Assembly (NCBI GenBank): GCA_963706595.1
Contig: OY970166.1
Span: 640,001 to 704,000 of the forward strand
Direction of reading: 5' to 3'
Source of the DNA: an uncultured cyanobacterium
GTDB lineage: Bacteria > Cyanobacteriota > Cyanobacteriia > Cyanobacteriales > Nostocaceae
DNA: 64,000 bases
Under the pieces are notes generated by a model. The model made no database searches. It had not been told where the DNA came from and saw only the letters and a program-made list of their open reading frames with translations. The position numbers and the translations under genes were made by a program. Positions 40,525 through 49,893 of the stretch are shown here, piece after piece (positions within the stretch are counted from its first letter, which is position 1; the number at the start of each line of letters is the position of its first letter).

Positions 40525-42423
40525 CTATTCCTGTTGTTGTCGCCTTTGGGCTATTTCCTTACTGGAGATCATACTTTTGACTCGCTCTACATCCGTCATC
40601 ATCAACACTGCGCCTTCCATTTCTGTACCAAACAACGGAGTAATAGCGACATAACATTTTATTTGTCTCCCCCGGCGATTAGTAGCATCTAAAATCATTT
40701 CTTGGAACTTTTCTTTCCCAGAGAGAGAATCGCGGATAGGCGCTCGCAGTTGCTCCAGGGGTAGACCCACATCTAGACTAAATAAGGGTTTTCCTAATAC
40801 TTCTTCTGTTCTTAACCCCCATAAATCCTCCACCATGTAATTCCAAACTAAGATATTAAAGCTTTTATCAATCACGATGATTCCCGTTTGGAGACTTTTG
40901 AGAATGCTCACTAAAAAAAGATTAGTGCGGTTGAGTTCTGTGGTGCGTTCGCTGAGTTCGTGATTAATTGTTTGCAATTCTTCATTGGTAGATTGCAGTT
41001 CTTCGTTCATTGTCTCCAATTCTTCATTGGTAGACTGAAGTTCTTCGTTAGTAGTCTCCAATTCTTCATTAGTAGATTGCAGTTCTTCGTTGGTAGTCTC
41101 TAATTCCTCATTAGTAGATTGCAGTTCCTCGTTAGTCGTTTCTAAATCTTGTCGAGAGCGTTGTAACGCTTCTTGGAGTTGAATAAACCGGGTGACATCA
41201 TGAAAAGCAATACTTACACCTAGAAGAGAATTGTCAACATCTATCAAAGGTATAATTCGCACATCCAAATATTGCATTTCTGCATTGGATAAATAGCGCT
41301 CAACATTTGTCAAGGTGATAGTACGGCGTTCTGCATAAGCTCGTTCGATGAGCGATCGCAGTTCTAATGGTCGATAAGAAAGTTCTAAATCCTGAAAAGG
41401 ACGAGCTAAATCTTTGGGTGAAAGCGCAAACACAGTCCGAGCTTGTCCATTCATTAGTACCAGTGTACCATTGATATCCACTACTACTTGGGCGATGGAT
41501 GCCGAATCAAAAGCCATCTCTCGCAGCCGGGTATGCCGAGATAATCGATGGTTAGATTCTTCCTCGACTGTATTTGCCATAATTAGCAGGCGATCGCGTA
41601 AATTCGCTACTGATACTTTGCTAAATATGCGATTTTTTAAATCTACGGGAGTGAATAAATTAGAATGTATTAATAGCATCTCTGCTTTCCCTAAGAAAAG
41701 ATACCCGGTATCATTGAGCGCAAAATGAAACCGCGCCATAATTCGCCCCTGAGTCTCAGAGTTAAAATACATCAGTGTATTGCGACATACTAGCAAGTCT
41801 AAACGAGAAATTGGCGCATCTTGCAGCAAATCATGACGACCAAAAATCACTGAACGGCGCAAATCTTGGCGAAAAACATAGTTATTTCCTATAGGCTCAA
41901 AATATTTCTCTCTCAGTTCCTGTGGTACTAGGTGGACATCCTTGGCTGAATACACAGCTTGACGGGCTTGATTCAGAGCTTCTTCATCTACATCTGTGGC
42001 ATAAATTTTTACCCGTTGGCGAAATTCTTCGGCTCCCAAAATTTCCGCCATCAGCATGGCTAAAGTGTAAGCTTCCTCTCCAGAGGCACAACCAGCACTC
42101 CAAATCCGAATTTGGTCAGAGTGATTTTTTCGCGACACAATATTGGGTAACACTTGCTCTGCTAAGTATTCCCAGGCTGAAGTATCTCGAAAAAAGGCAG
42201 TAACATTGATCAGAATCGTGTTAAACAGTTGATTAAATTCGTCTTGATAAACTTCTAAGTAGTCTAAGTAATCCTCAAAATTTTCAATACTCAAAGATTG
42301 CATTCGCTTGCGTACCCGACGCATCAACGTTGAACGCTTATATCCTGTAAAATCAAAGCCCCGGCTTTGTCTGAGATAAGTAAGTAAATTTTCAAACTCA
42401 GGATTGTTTTCTGCGGAAGTCAT
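40525..42423 (-). CDS. cheR: CheR-type methyltransferase fused to PAS, coiled coil and PAS
   Basis: DFTGYKRSTLMRR, INVTAFFRD, WSAGCASGEEAYT, IYATD, CRNTLMYF; (EELQSTN/EELETTN)n repeats. Confidence 0.92.
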   Translation of the reverse strand: MTSAENNPEFENLLTYLRQSRGFDFTGYKRSTLMRRVRKRMQSLSIENFEDYLDYLEVYQDEFNQLFNTILINVTAFFRDTSAWEYLAEQVLPNIVSRKNHSDQIRIWSAGCASGEEAYTLAMLMAEILGAEEFRQRVKIYATDVDEEALNQARQAVYSAKDVHLVPQELREKYFEPIGNNYVFRQDLRRSVIFGRHDLLQDAPISRLDLLVCRNTLMYFNSETQGRIMARFHFALNDTGYLFLGKAEMLLIHSNLFTPVDLKNRIFSKVSVANLRDRLLIMANTVEEESNHRLSRHTRLREMAFDSASIAQVVVDINGTLVLMNGQARTVFALSPKDLARPFQDLELSYRPLELRSLIERAYAERRTITLTNVERYLSNAEMQYLDVRIIPLIDVDNSLLGVSIAFHDVTRFIQLQEALQRSRQDLETTNEELQSTNEELETTNEELQSTNEELETTNEELQSTNEELETMNEELQSTNEELQTINHELSERTTELNRTNLFLVSILKSLQTGIIVIDKSFNILVWNYMVEDLWGLRTEEVLGKPLFSLDVGLPLEQLRAPIRDSLSGKEKFQEMILDATNRRGRQIKCYVAITPLFGTEMEGAVLMMTDVERVKSMISSKEIAQRRQQQE

Positions 42424-42508
42424 AGATAGGAGTGGGAGTGGGGGACACAGGAATAAGGGGAAAGCTTTTTGCCCCCCATGCTCCTGATTTTTTTCTGCCT
42501 AATGTGCG

Positions 42509-43153
42509 TTAATTCATCACTAAAGATACCAAAGTGGCTGATATCTCATCCAAAGGTAAAATAAAATCTACATTACCAGTATTAATGGTCGCATTTGGCA
42601 TCCCAGAAAATTCGCTGCTTTTTTTGTCTTGAGCAATGACAGTACCGCCCATTTTATGGATAGCCTCTACTCCCCTGGCTCCGTCTTTACCTGTTCCCGT
42701 CAAGACAATAGCGATCGCGCGGTTTTTGTAACTAGCTGCCACTGATTCAAATAACACATCAGCCGAGGGGCGGAGATAATGTATTGGTTTTGACTGGGAT
42801 AAAGACAGTGTGCCATCGCTGTTGACCAATAAATGATAATCAGGTGGCGCAATGTAAACTGTTCCGGGGGTCAGACAGTCTCCTTCTTGTGCCTGCTTGA
42901 CTTTAAGGGCAGTGTGTCGAGTTAAAATCTCTGACATTAGTGAACGATGCTGGGGAGCCAGATGTTGCACCAGTGCGATCGCGGCAGTAAAATTTTTTGG
43001 TAATGTTGATAGTAATGTCGTCAAGGCAGTCAACCCACCAGCCGAAGATGCTATGGCCACAATATCGAAGCTAGCATTAGCAAAGCGAGGTGGATAATTT
43101 TGGGCATTCTCTAGCCTCTGTGTCATAGTTTCTTTGCCGATAGCGATCGCCAA
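42509..43153 (-). CDS. cheB: Stand-alone CheB methylesterase catalytic domain
   Basis: IASSAGG, VQHL, RPSADVLF, LTGTGKDG, GMP; no receiver domain; exact start uncertain. Confidence 0.9.
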   Translation of the reverse strand: MAIAIGKETMTQRLENAQNYPPRFANASFDIVAIASSAGGLTALTTLLSTLPKNFTAAIALVQHLAPQHRSLMSEILTRHTALKVKQAQEGDCLTPGTVYIAPPDYHLLVNSDGTLSLSQSKPIHYLRPSADVLFESVAASYKNRAIAIVLTGTGKDGARGVEAIHKMGGTVIAQDKKSSEFSGMPNATINTGNVDFILPLDEISATLVSLVMN

Positions 43154-43423
43154 ATTTTCTCAAATGAATTTAATATATTTATTGATGATATAAATATATT
43201 CTATATAATTTTATCACTCCCTGTCTTTTTCCATTGAGATATTCAAATAAATAGTTCATTTTTCCGATTTAGCAAATATTTGAATTCACCGCTTAGTGCG
43301 ATATTTCCCTTGAAATCCCAGGATTTTAAATATTCTCTTTTTTTTCTTTTTCAACAACAGATTTTTGCTGCTTTTATCCTATTAGCAGAAACATTTACAA
43401 ATGGGAACAATAGAAAATAAATT

Positions 43424-43912
43424 TTAATGTTTTTTAACTTTATGGGTTTTGGCAATGGGACGCATCGCTTCTCTACCCAGAATAAACATTCCTGTTACAC
43501 CCAAGCTGACAAACCAAACGTAGGCATACCAATATTGGCGCATTTGCTCAATAGTATTGAGTGGTGGATGCAAAGTGTTCAAATAAAGCAGCAGCACAAG
43601 TATCATCAACGCCCCAAAACCCACAAAGCTTAAACCAATATAAATCCGGGCTGGACGCAGTTCAAAGTCGCTAATTTCCTCTAGATTAATTTCTGCCAGT
43701 TCCTGCAAAGATTCATCAGCTACAGTGGAAGCTACTTGCAATTTCTGACTGAGTTTTGGCGGTAATATAGGTGTCAATGCCGCTACAGTAGGGCGACGTA
43801 ACACAGCCTCAGTAAATCGCAGCCATTCCAGTGGCTGACGAGTCGGACTCGGTTGAGCAAATTCCAGATTTTCCGTAGGAATTGGGGCGGTGGCTTTGCC
43901 TTCAAAATCCAT
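43424..43912 (-). CDS. Hypothetical membrane protein
   Basis: 162 aa with two C-terminal TM segments. Confidence 0.7.
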   Translation of the reverse strand: MDFEGKATAPIPTENLEFAQPSPTRQPLEWLRFTEAVLRRPTVAALTPILPPKLSQKLQVASTVADESLQELAEINLEEISDFELRPARIYIGLSFVGFGALMILVLLLYLNTLHPPLNTIEQMRQYWYAYVWFVSLGVTGMFILGREAMRPIAKTHKVKKH

Positions 43913-43983
43913 AGCACAGCTAAGAATAAATAGGATAGTTATAGCCTAGCGAATCAGTTAGCACTCCGGCAAATACCAAAACT

Positions 43984-44178
43984 CACATCTTGCACCTAGC
44001 CCTGGCGATTAGAATATTGCTAACGCAACGCCAAGGGCGAACGCGGCTATACAAACATGACGCGGAGCGTCTTCCCAGAGGGAAGTCCGCCTACGCGGAC
44101 TAACAGCAAGGTTTTCAACCCACGTAGGTGGGTTTTGCCTGTGTAGCCGCGACTTCTAGTCGCCTGGTGCAAGATATG
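43984..44178. mobile_element. 195-bp MITE with 13-bp TIRs and ~8-bp target duplication
   Basis: CACATCTTGCACC / GGTGCAAGATATG; flanks CCAAAACT (43976-43983) and CCAAAAGT (44179-44186). Confidence 0.75.
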
Positions 44179-44185
44179 CCAAAAG

Positions 44186-45421
44186 TTAAATTAAAACTCG
44201 TTCAAAAGCTTCAATTAAGTGGTCAACTTCCTCAAGGGTGTTGTAATGTACCATACTGACACGGATGATTCCACCTTGAGAGGCTAAACCCAAATATTCA
44301 ATCAGGCGTTTAGCATAAAAATCGCCGTAGCGAATGCCAATATAAGCAGAATCAACTTTGGGGGGAATAGTTGAACTATGAATGCCGTCAACGGCAAAAG
44401 ATATCGTCGGCACACGCGATTGACGATGCGCTGTTGATTTACCAATGATGCGAATTTTAGGCTGACTGTTCAGGTATTGTAGCAGGCGATCGCTCAAATT
44501 CTCCTCATGTACACTCATCAAATCAAATACCTGCGCCATTTGACTTCTAAGTGCAGGTGCAGTTTCATCACCATAATGTAATTGTGCTAATTCACTCAGA
44601 TAATCACATAAACCCAACATTCCATAAGTTAATTCAAAATTCAGATTTCCTAACTGAAATTTATAAGGAATATCAGACTGCTCAATAAAATAATGGTTCA
44701 GTCCCGGCATTCTCAATAAATGTGCTTCTTTTCCATAAAGCAAAGCACAGTGAGAACCATAGACTTTATAACAACTCAGAACATAAAAATCTACATCTAA
44801 ATCTTGAACATCAATTAATCTATGTGGTGCATAAGCCACACCATCCACACAAACCATCGCCCCCCGTTCATGGACAAAGGCAGTAATTTCCTTAATCGGG
44901 TTGATAGTTCCCAAAACATTAGAAGCATGAGTCAAAGCCACTAATTTTGTGCGCTGATTCATTAATACTTCTAAGTCCTCTAAATGCAATTCTAAAGTAT
45001 CCGGGCGAATTAACCAAACCTTAACTTTAATTCCTTGCTTTTCCAGCGCCACCCAAGCCCCAATATTAGCTTCATGGTCACAATTAGTCACAATAACCTC
45101 ATCCCCAGGTGTAAAAGTTTGGCTCAAACACAGTGACAGTATTTTTAACATCATGGTAGTGGATGAACCCATCACCACTTCATTTGCTGATTTGGCGTTA
45201 ATTAACGTCGCCATTCCCTGATTAGCCAAAGCCACCCTTGCGCCAGCTAGTTGAGAAACTTCATAAGAAGCCCCTAATTGGACATTAGTATTCAAGAGAA
45301 ATTCACTAATTCTATCTACTACTTTTTTCAGAGTTTGTGACCCCCCAGCATTATCAAAAAAAGTCCAATTTCCAGCCAGGGCAGGAAAATATGAGCGAAC
45401 CTTGTCAATATCCAGAAACAT
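44186..45421 (-). CDS. Cysteine desulfurase-like PLP enzyme (class V aminotransferase)
   Basis: FFDNAGGSQ, DHEANI, ASNVLG, VDGVAYAPH, SCYK, RVSMVHYN. Confidence 0.9.
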   Translation of the reverse strand: MFLDIDKVRSYFPALAGNWTFFDNAGGSQTLKKVVDRISEFLLNTNVQLGASYEVSQLAGARVALANQGMATLINAKSANEVVMGSSTTMMLKILSLCLSQTFTPGDEVIVTNCDHEANIGAWVALEKQGIKVKVWLIRPDTLELHLEDLEVLMNQRTKLVALTHASNVLGTINPIKEITAFVHERGAMVCVDGVAYAPHRLIDVQDLDVDFYVLSCYKVYGSHCALLYGKEAHLLRMPGLNHYFIEQSDIPYKFQLGNLNFELTYGMLGLCDYLSELAQLHYGDETAPALRSQMAQVFDLMSVHEENLSDRLLQYLNSQPKIRIIGKSTAHRQSRVPTISFAVDGIHSSTIPPKVDSAYIGIRYGDFYAKRLIEYLGLASQGGIIRVSMVHYNTLEEVDHLIEAFERVLI

Positions 45422-45551
45422 ATAGGACTCCTATCTAATTTTTGTTGGTGTAGCCTGCGCTATGCGCTGACAATCTCGACATAACACAAAAAGGTTATTC
45501 CCCACTCCCCACCTACGCAAATAAATGCAGAAATCAAACCGGATTAGTATA
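45421..45551. mobile_element. MITE (TATAGGA family) abutting a start codon
   Basis: Ends TATAGGACTCCTATCTAATT / AATCAAACCGGATTAGTATA, similar to the ends at 10019/10495 and 46451/46638. Confidence 0.6.
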
Positions 45552-46005
45552 GTCTAATTTTTTTCTAATTGGCTTTCTAAATCGAAGATACACCACAAAC
45601 TCAGCATGACGACTCAAATGTGTCCTTTATTCTTGACTTAGCCAAGAGGTACATCACCCAGTAGGCAATATACATCCTCTTGTGGTAATAATATTTTTCG
45701 GGAAAAAACCGCGTCGATTTTTTTCTTTATTCTTTTCGAGGGGTCTACCTAAAGACTGATACCAATTCGTGTTTAAATATGCGATTCTGAGCAAAGTGTA
45801 TAAACATAGAGTTTATCTCAGCTAGACTCATCAAGGCATGGCCTTTGCAACTGCAACTTAGTATTAGAGAAGAACATGGCTCTCAGAAGTTGAAATGTTT
45901 TGATTCTTCACAATTTCCCCGATTTTTTTTGATAAGTTAAAGACAGAGCCAAAAAAAATATTGTGTTACATATCAATTCCTTGAGCAAAAGCAAAATAAT
46001 GAGCT

Positions 46006-46227
46006 ATGGATACTGCTGTTAGATATGATATTGGGGTGATTAGGGAAGAAGCTCGTGAACTGGTCAAAAAGGGACTTCTTGACCGTCAACAGCCAATTTA
46101 CTCCCTATGTAGATACGTTCCCAATCGTGACTGGATATTGTTTGAGACAGAGCTAGAAAAGCATGAATTCTTGCTCAGAGATAGGATTATTGACCTATTG
46201 AGTAGTGAAACATGGGAAGAAGATTGA
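46006..46227 (+). CDS. DUF4327 family small protein
   Basis: IREEARELVKKGLLDRQQPIYSLC...ELEKHEFLLRDRIIDL..ETWEED. Confidence 0.85.
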   Translation: MDTAVRYDIGVIREEARELVKKGLLDRQQPIYSLCRYVPNRDWILFETELEKHEFLLRDRIIDLLSSETWEED

Positions 46228-46450
46228 TCATGTAATTATTAATTTGGTTGAAGCCAGTTACACAAACAATTCCGAGAAAAAACCCACGAATTAATTCGGG
46301 GGTTTTAAATATGAGTCGCTTTTTTTATTAATTTGGTAAATCCAAGATTCTATATATCAATTCCTAATCATATCAGCTATATCATAGCCCCCTCCTCGCT
46401 TGCACCGGAGGGGCTTGGGGTTCAAGTACCTACTAAAGTAGAAAACGCTA

Positions 46451-46638
46451 TATAGGACTCATCTTTGATTTATGAAACACACGTAGGGTGTGTTATCACG
46501 AAGTGTAACGCACCGTCTTCCAGGTCTTGGTGCGTTAGGCTAAAGCCATAACACACCCTACTGGCGTGGCAACATTTTAGCCTTGCCACGCCACTACACA
46601 TACTTAGATTTTTTCACTAATCAAATCGGATGACTATA
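46451..46638. mobile_element. Inverted relative of the 10019..10495 composite MITE
   Basis: Same outer TIRs, same REP-like core, and an internally deleted 36-bp inner element at 46558-46597. Confidence 0.75.
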
Positions 46639-46771
46639 ATAGTCTACCTAACTTGAGATAATTGCAAGTTTTCAGAGCCTGGTATCCTCCAAATATTGGG
46701 ATGTTGGCTAATAGGGATAATTTATGAATTGTCCCTACAAGCGTTCACCGCAGACGCATAGTCAATGTCTA

Positions 46772-47020
46772 TTAAACTGGCACATCTTTTACTCCAATCC
46801 AGCCAGTAATAGTTTTACCTTTACTGGCATAAATGATCTGATTATTTTCTCTATGCTGAATTTTTTCAGCTAACTGTTCAGCAAAAGCCTTTTCCAGAGA
46901 ACTAGGATTTTCCAGATAAAATACGGGCATATCTTGCCAACAATGACGGCAAAACCAAGCAAATCCCGAAACACGTATATGCGGCAAAAGTAATCCTGAA
47001 CAACAAGGACAGTAATTCAT
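46772..47020 (-). CDS. Small Zn-ribbon-like hypothetical protein
   Basis: CPCC and CRHC pairs (MNYCPCCS...WFCRHCWQDMP). Confidence 0.75.
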   Translation of the reverse strand: MNYCPCCSGLLLPHIRVSGFAWFCRHCWQDMPVFYLENPSSLEKAFAEQLAEKIQHRENNQIIYASKGKTITGWIGVKDVPV

Positions 47021-47248
47021 AATATTCTACAATCCTCATAACCAAAAGCTGTGGGTTGAAAATCAGGGCTATGAATTAATCAGCCCATCGGCATTAAAAA
47101 AACTATTTATATCTCAAGTGTAATGAAGAATTATGAGGAGCTTGCAAAAAACGTGACATTACGCAATTTATATTAATATATAAACATAAAGTATTGTATA
47201 TTAAACTCAATTTTGCTTACTAATACTTGACATTCATTTAATTGGCGA

Positions 47249-47354
47249 TATAGCGGTATTCACTTCAATGAAGTACATCATAGCCCCCTCCTCGCTTGCG
47301 GGGAGGGGGTTGGGGGTGGGGTTCTTGTATCTCACTTAACTGATAACCGCTATA
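47249..47354 (+). mobile_element. 106-bp MITE with perfect TATAGCGGT TIRs
   Basis: TATAGCGGT (47249-47257) and ACCGCTATA (47346-47354); GC-rich internal hairpin. Confidence 0.8.
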
Positions 47355-47652
47355 TCATTCTCAACTAGCTTGCTACCTGCTTTGTACACCTGCCAATTTT
47401 TATAAATAAAAAAAATATGCCAAAACTTCTTGTGAAGCGGGCATCTTTGCCCGCTCATCATCGATGACTGGAAATCACAAAATTGTAGTGACATGACACA
47501 TCTAAAACAGTGCTTTCATCAAAAACATTGATTGTCCTTAATGGCGCGTTTATCGGCAGTTTATTACTTTTAAACTCAAGTACTATTTTCAGATGGTCAC
47601 GCCACTAAATCTGACCTTTAATGAGGTTGAGCTACTGAACAGCAGCCAATAC

Positions 47653-48003
<351 letters not shown>

Positions 48004-48086
48004 TTAACTTCTCATAGCTTCGTTTATCAATTTAAGCAGATATAATGTCAGACACCTTCACCATTAACGCTATTTTCAAAAAATAT

Positions 48087-48100
48087 GTAAAAATTGTCAC
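48087..48100 (-). promoter_or_regulatory. Candidate NtcA site upstream of glnB
   Basis: GTA-aaaattgt-CAC, one mismatch to GTA-N8-TAC, ~95 nt upstream of glnB; spacing to a -10 box is not canonical. Confidence 0.35.
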
Positions 48101-48245
48101 TTTTTTTAAACTGTATGCGCCCTACCGAAATATATCTGATTCGGCGCAGAGATTTTGGTGAAGTTTTTGGATGTAATTTTTGTAACTCAAAAATAAATGA
48201 TTAGAAAAAGCTAAGTTATGGCCGCAGTCAGATATGTGAGGTCAA

Positions 48246-48830
48246 CTAACGATTTTGATCTGCCAACAAGGGACGCACAATCAAATACCCAGCCCCAAAA
48301 GCAGTTAGCATGATTAACAAGATAGTGATAGCTAACCACCAGCCACTAAATTCTTTGACTTCTTTTTTCGTCTGGGGATAATAATTGACCTCTTGCTCTT
48401 CTATAAAAAATGTTTCTGGCATCGGGGGACTCATTTCCACAGGTGCAGAGAACTCAGAATAATGGCTTGTTTCCTGAACGACGGGCGGACGCTGATGAAA
48501 AACCTGCTGACGTGGACGGGCTGCTGTGGCTGGACTTTTCACTTCACCAGCAGCATGGGTGGCTTGGGGATGACGCGGTTGAGGACTAGAATCTACAAAT
48601 TTTTGCAAGTGTGAAAAAGACTGAACAACTTTGGTAATTTCTTGGCGGAGTAATTGATTTTCTTGCTCTAGTTGGTGATTTTGGCTAGTAACTGTATCTA
48701 ATTTTGCTTGTGTTGACTGTAATTCTGTTGCTAATTCCCGGTATACATACAGTGGTACGGACGTTGGGTAGGGTTGAGAATTTGGTAATTTGGCTGAATT
48801 GTGGTGAACAGAATTTGGGGTTGTTTGCAT
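48246..48830 (-). CDS. Hypothetical coiled-coil protein with a C-terminal TM anchor
   Basis: SVPLYVYRELATEL, coiled coil, C-terminal TM AFGAGYLIVRP. Confidence 0.8.
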   Translation of the reverse strand: MQTTPNSVHHNSAKLPNSQPYPTSVPLYVYRELATELQSTQAKLDTVTSQNHQLEQENQLLRQEITKVVQSFSHLQKFVDSSPQPRHPQATHAAGEVKSPATAARPRQQVFHQRPPVVQETSHYSEFSAPVEMSPPMPETFFIEEQEVNYYPQTKKEVKEFSGWWLAITILLIMLTAFGAGYLIVRPLLADQNR

Positions 48831-49066
48831 AGATAAGTTGGTATCAAAAATTTAATTTATGAGTTCGTACAGAGATATTATCAAAGTATAGTCCCCCCTG
48901 AAACTAGCCCAAGAATAATAGAAAAATGCCCAGAGAGCAAAGATTTTTGATTTATAGCTGGGGAGTGGGGAGTAGGGAGTAGGGAGTGGGTTAAAACCCT
49001 TGGATAAGGATGTGTGTACACCGTAGGGTGAGGTTTTATATCTGATTAAATCTGCATTTCTCAGAG

Positions 49067-49888
49067 TTAATTTTGTAACAGTGGAAAAAAGTGTCCCACA
49101 GGCCCTTGTCCTTTGCCAATATTGAGGGCGTAACTGAGTGCAGTCGTAACATACTCCTTTGCCTGTTGTACGGCTGGCCACAAGTCCATATCCATCGCCA
49201 AATTTGCCGCGATCGCGACTGATAGTGTACAACCAGTACCGTGGGTATTTTTCGTCTCCACTTGCTTCGTAATCAAAGTTTCCAGTTTTTCCCCATCAAA
49301 CCAGATATCAATCCCACGCAAACTACCCTGCATCCCGCCACCCTTGACTAAGACGGCTTTTACCTTGAGATTTCGGTGTATGACTTGAGCCGCCGCCCGC
49401 ATCTCATCTAAACTATTAATCGGTAAACCGCTTAAAATCTGCGCCTCGTAACGATTTGGTGTAACAATAACCGCTTTAGGTAAAAGGGCATAACGCAGAG
49501 TTTTCACCGCATCATCATCAATGAGTTGCGCCCCTGTGCGTGATACCATCACCGGGTCAACAACTAAGTTATTAATTTGCAATGCTTCCACTTGCTGGGC
49601 GACAGCAGAGATAATTTCCTGGTTCAGCAACATTCCAGTTTTCGCAGCTTGCACACCAATATCTTCCACCACAGCTTGAATTTGGGCTATCACCGCCTCT
49701 GTGGACATAGCATCAACCCGCGCCACCCCTAAAGTATTTTGTGCCGTCACACAGGTAATAGCGCTCGTACCGTGGACACAGTGAAAAGCAAAGGTACGTA
49801 AATCTGCTTGAATACCCGCACCGCCACCGCTATCTGAACCAGCAATGGTTAAAGCCACAGGTACTTTAGAGGTGATGTCAGCGTTCAT
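49067..49888 (-). CDS. thiD: Hydroxymethylpyrimidine/phosphomethylpyrimidine kinase
   Basis: LTIAGSDSGGGAGIQADL, TAQNT, KTGML, VDPVM, TPN, THGTGCTLS. Confidence 0.96.
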   Translation of the reverse strand: MNADITSKVPVALTIAGSDSGGGAGIQADLRTFAFHCVHGTSAITCVTAQNTLGVARVDAMSTEAVIAQIQAVVEDIGVQAAKTGMLLNQEIISAVAQQVEALQINNLVVDPVMVSRTGAQLIDDDAVKTLRYALLPKAVIVTPNRYEAQILSGLPINSLDEMRAAAQVIHRNLKVKAVLVKGGGMQGSLRGIDIWFDGEKLETLITKQVETKNTHGTGCTLSVAIAANLAMDMDLWPAVQQAKEYVTTALSYALNIGKGQGPVGHFFPLLQN

Positions 49889-49893
49889 AGAAA

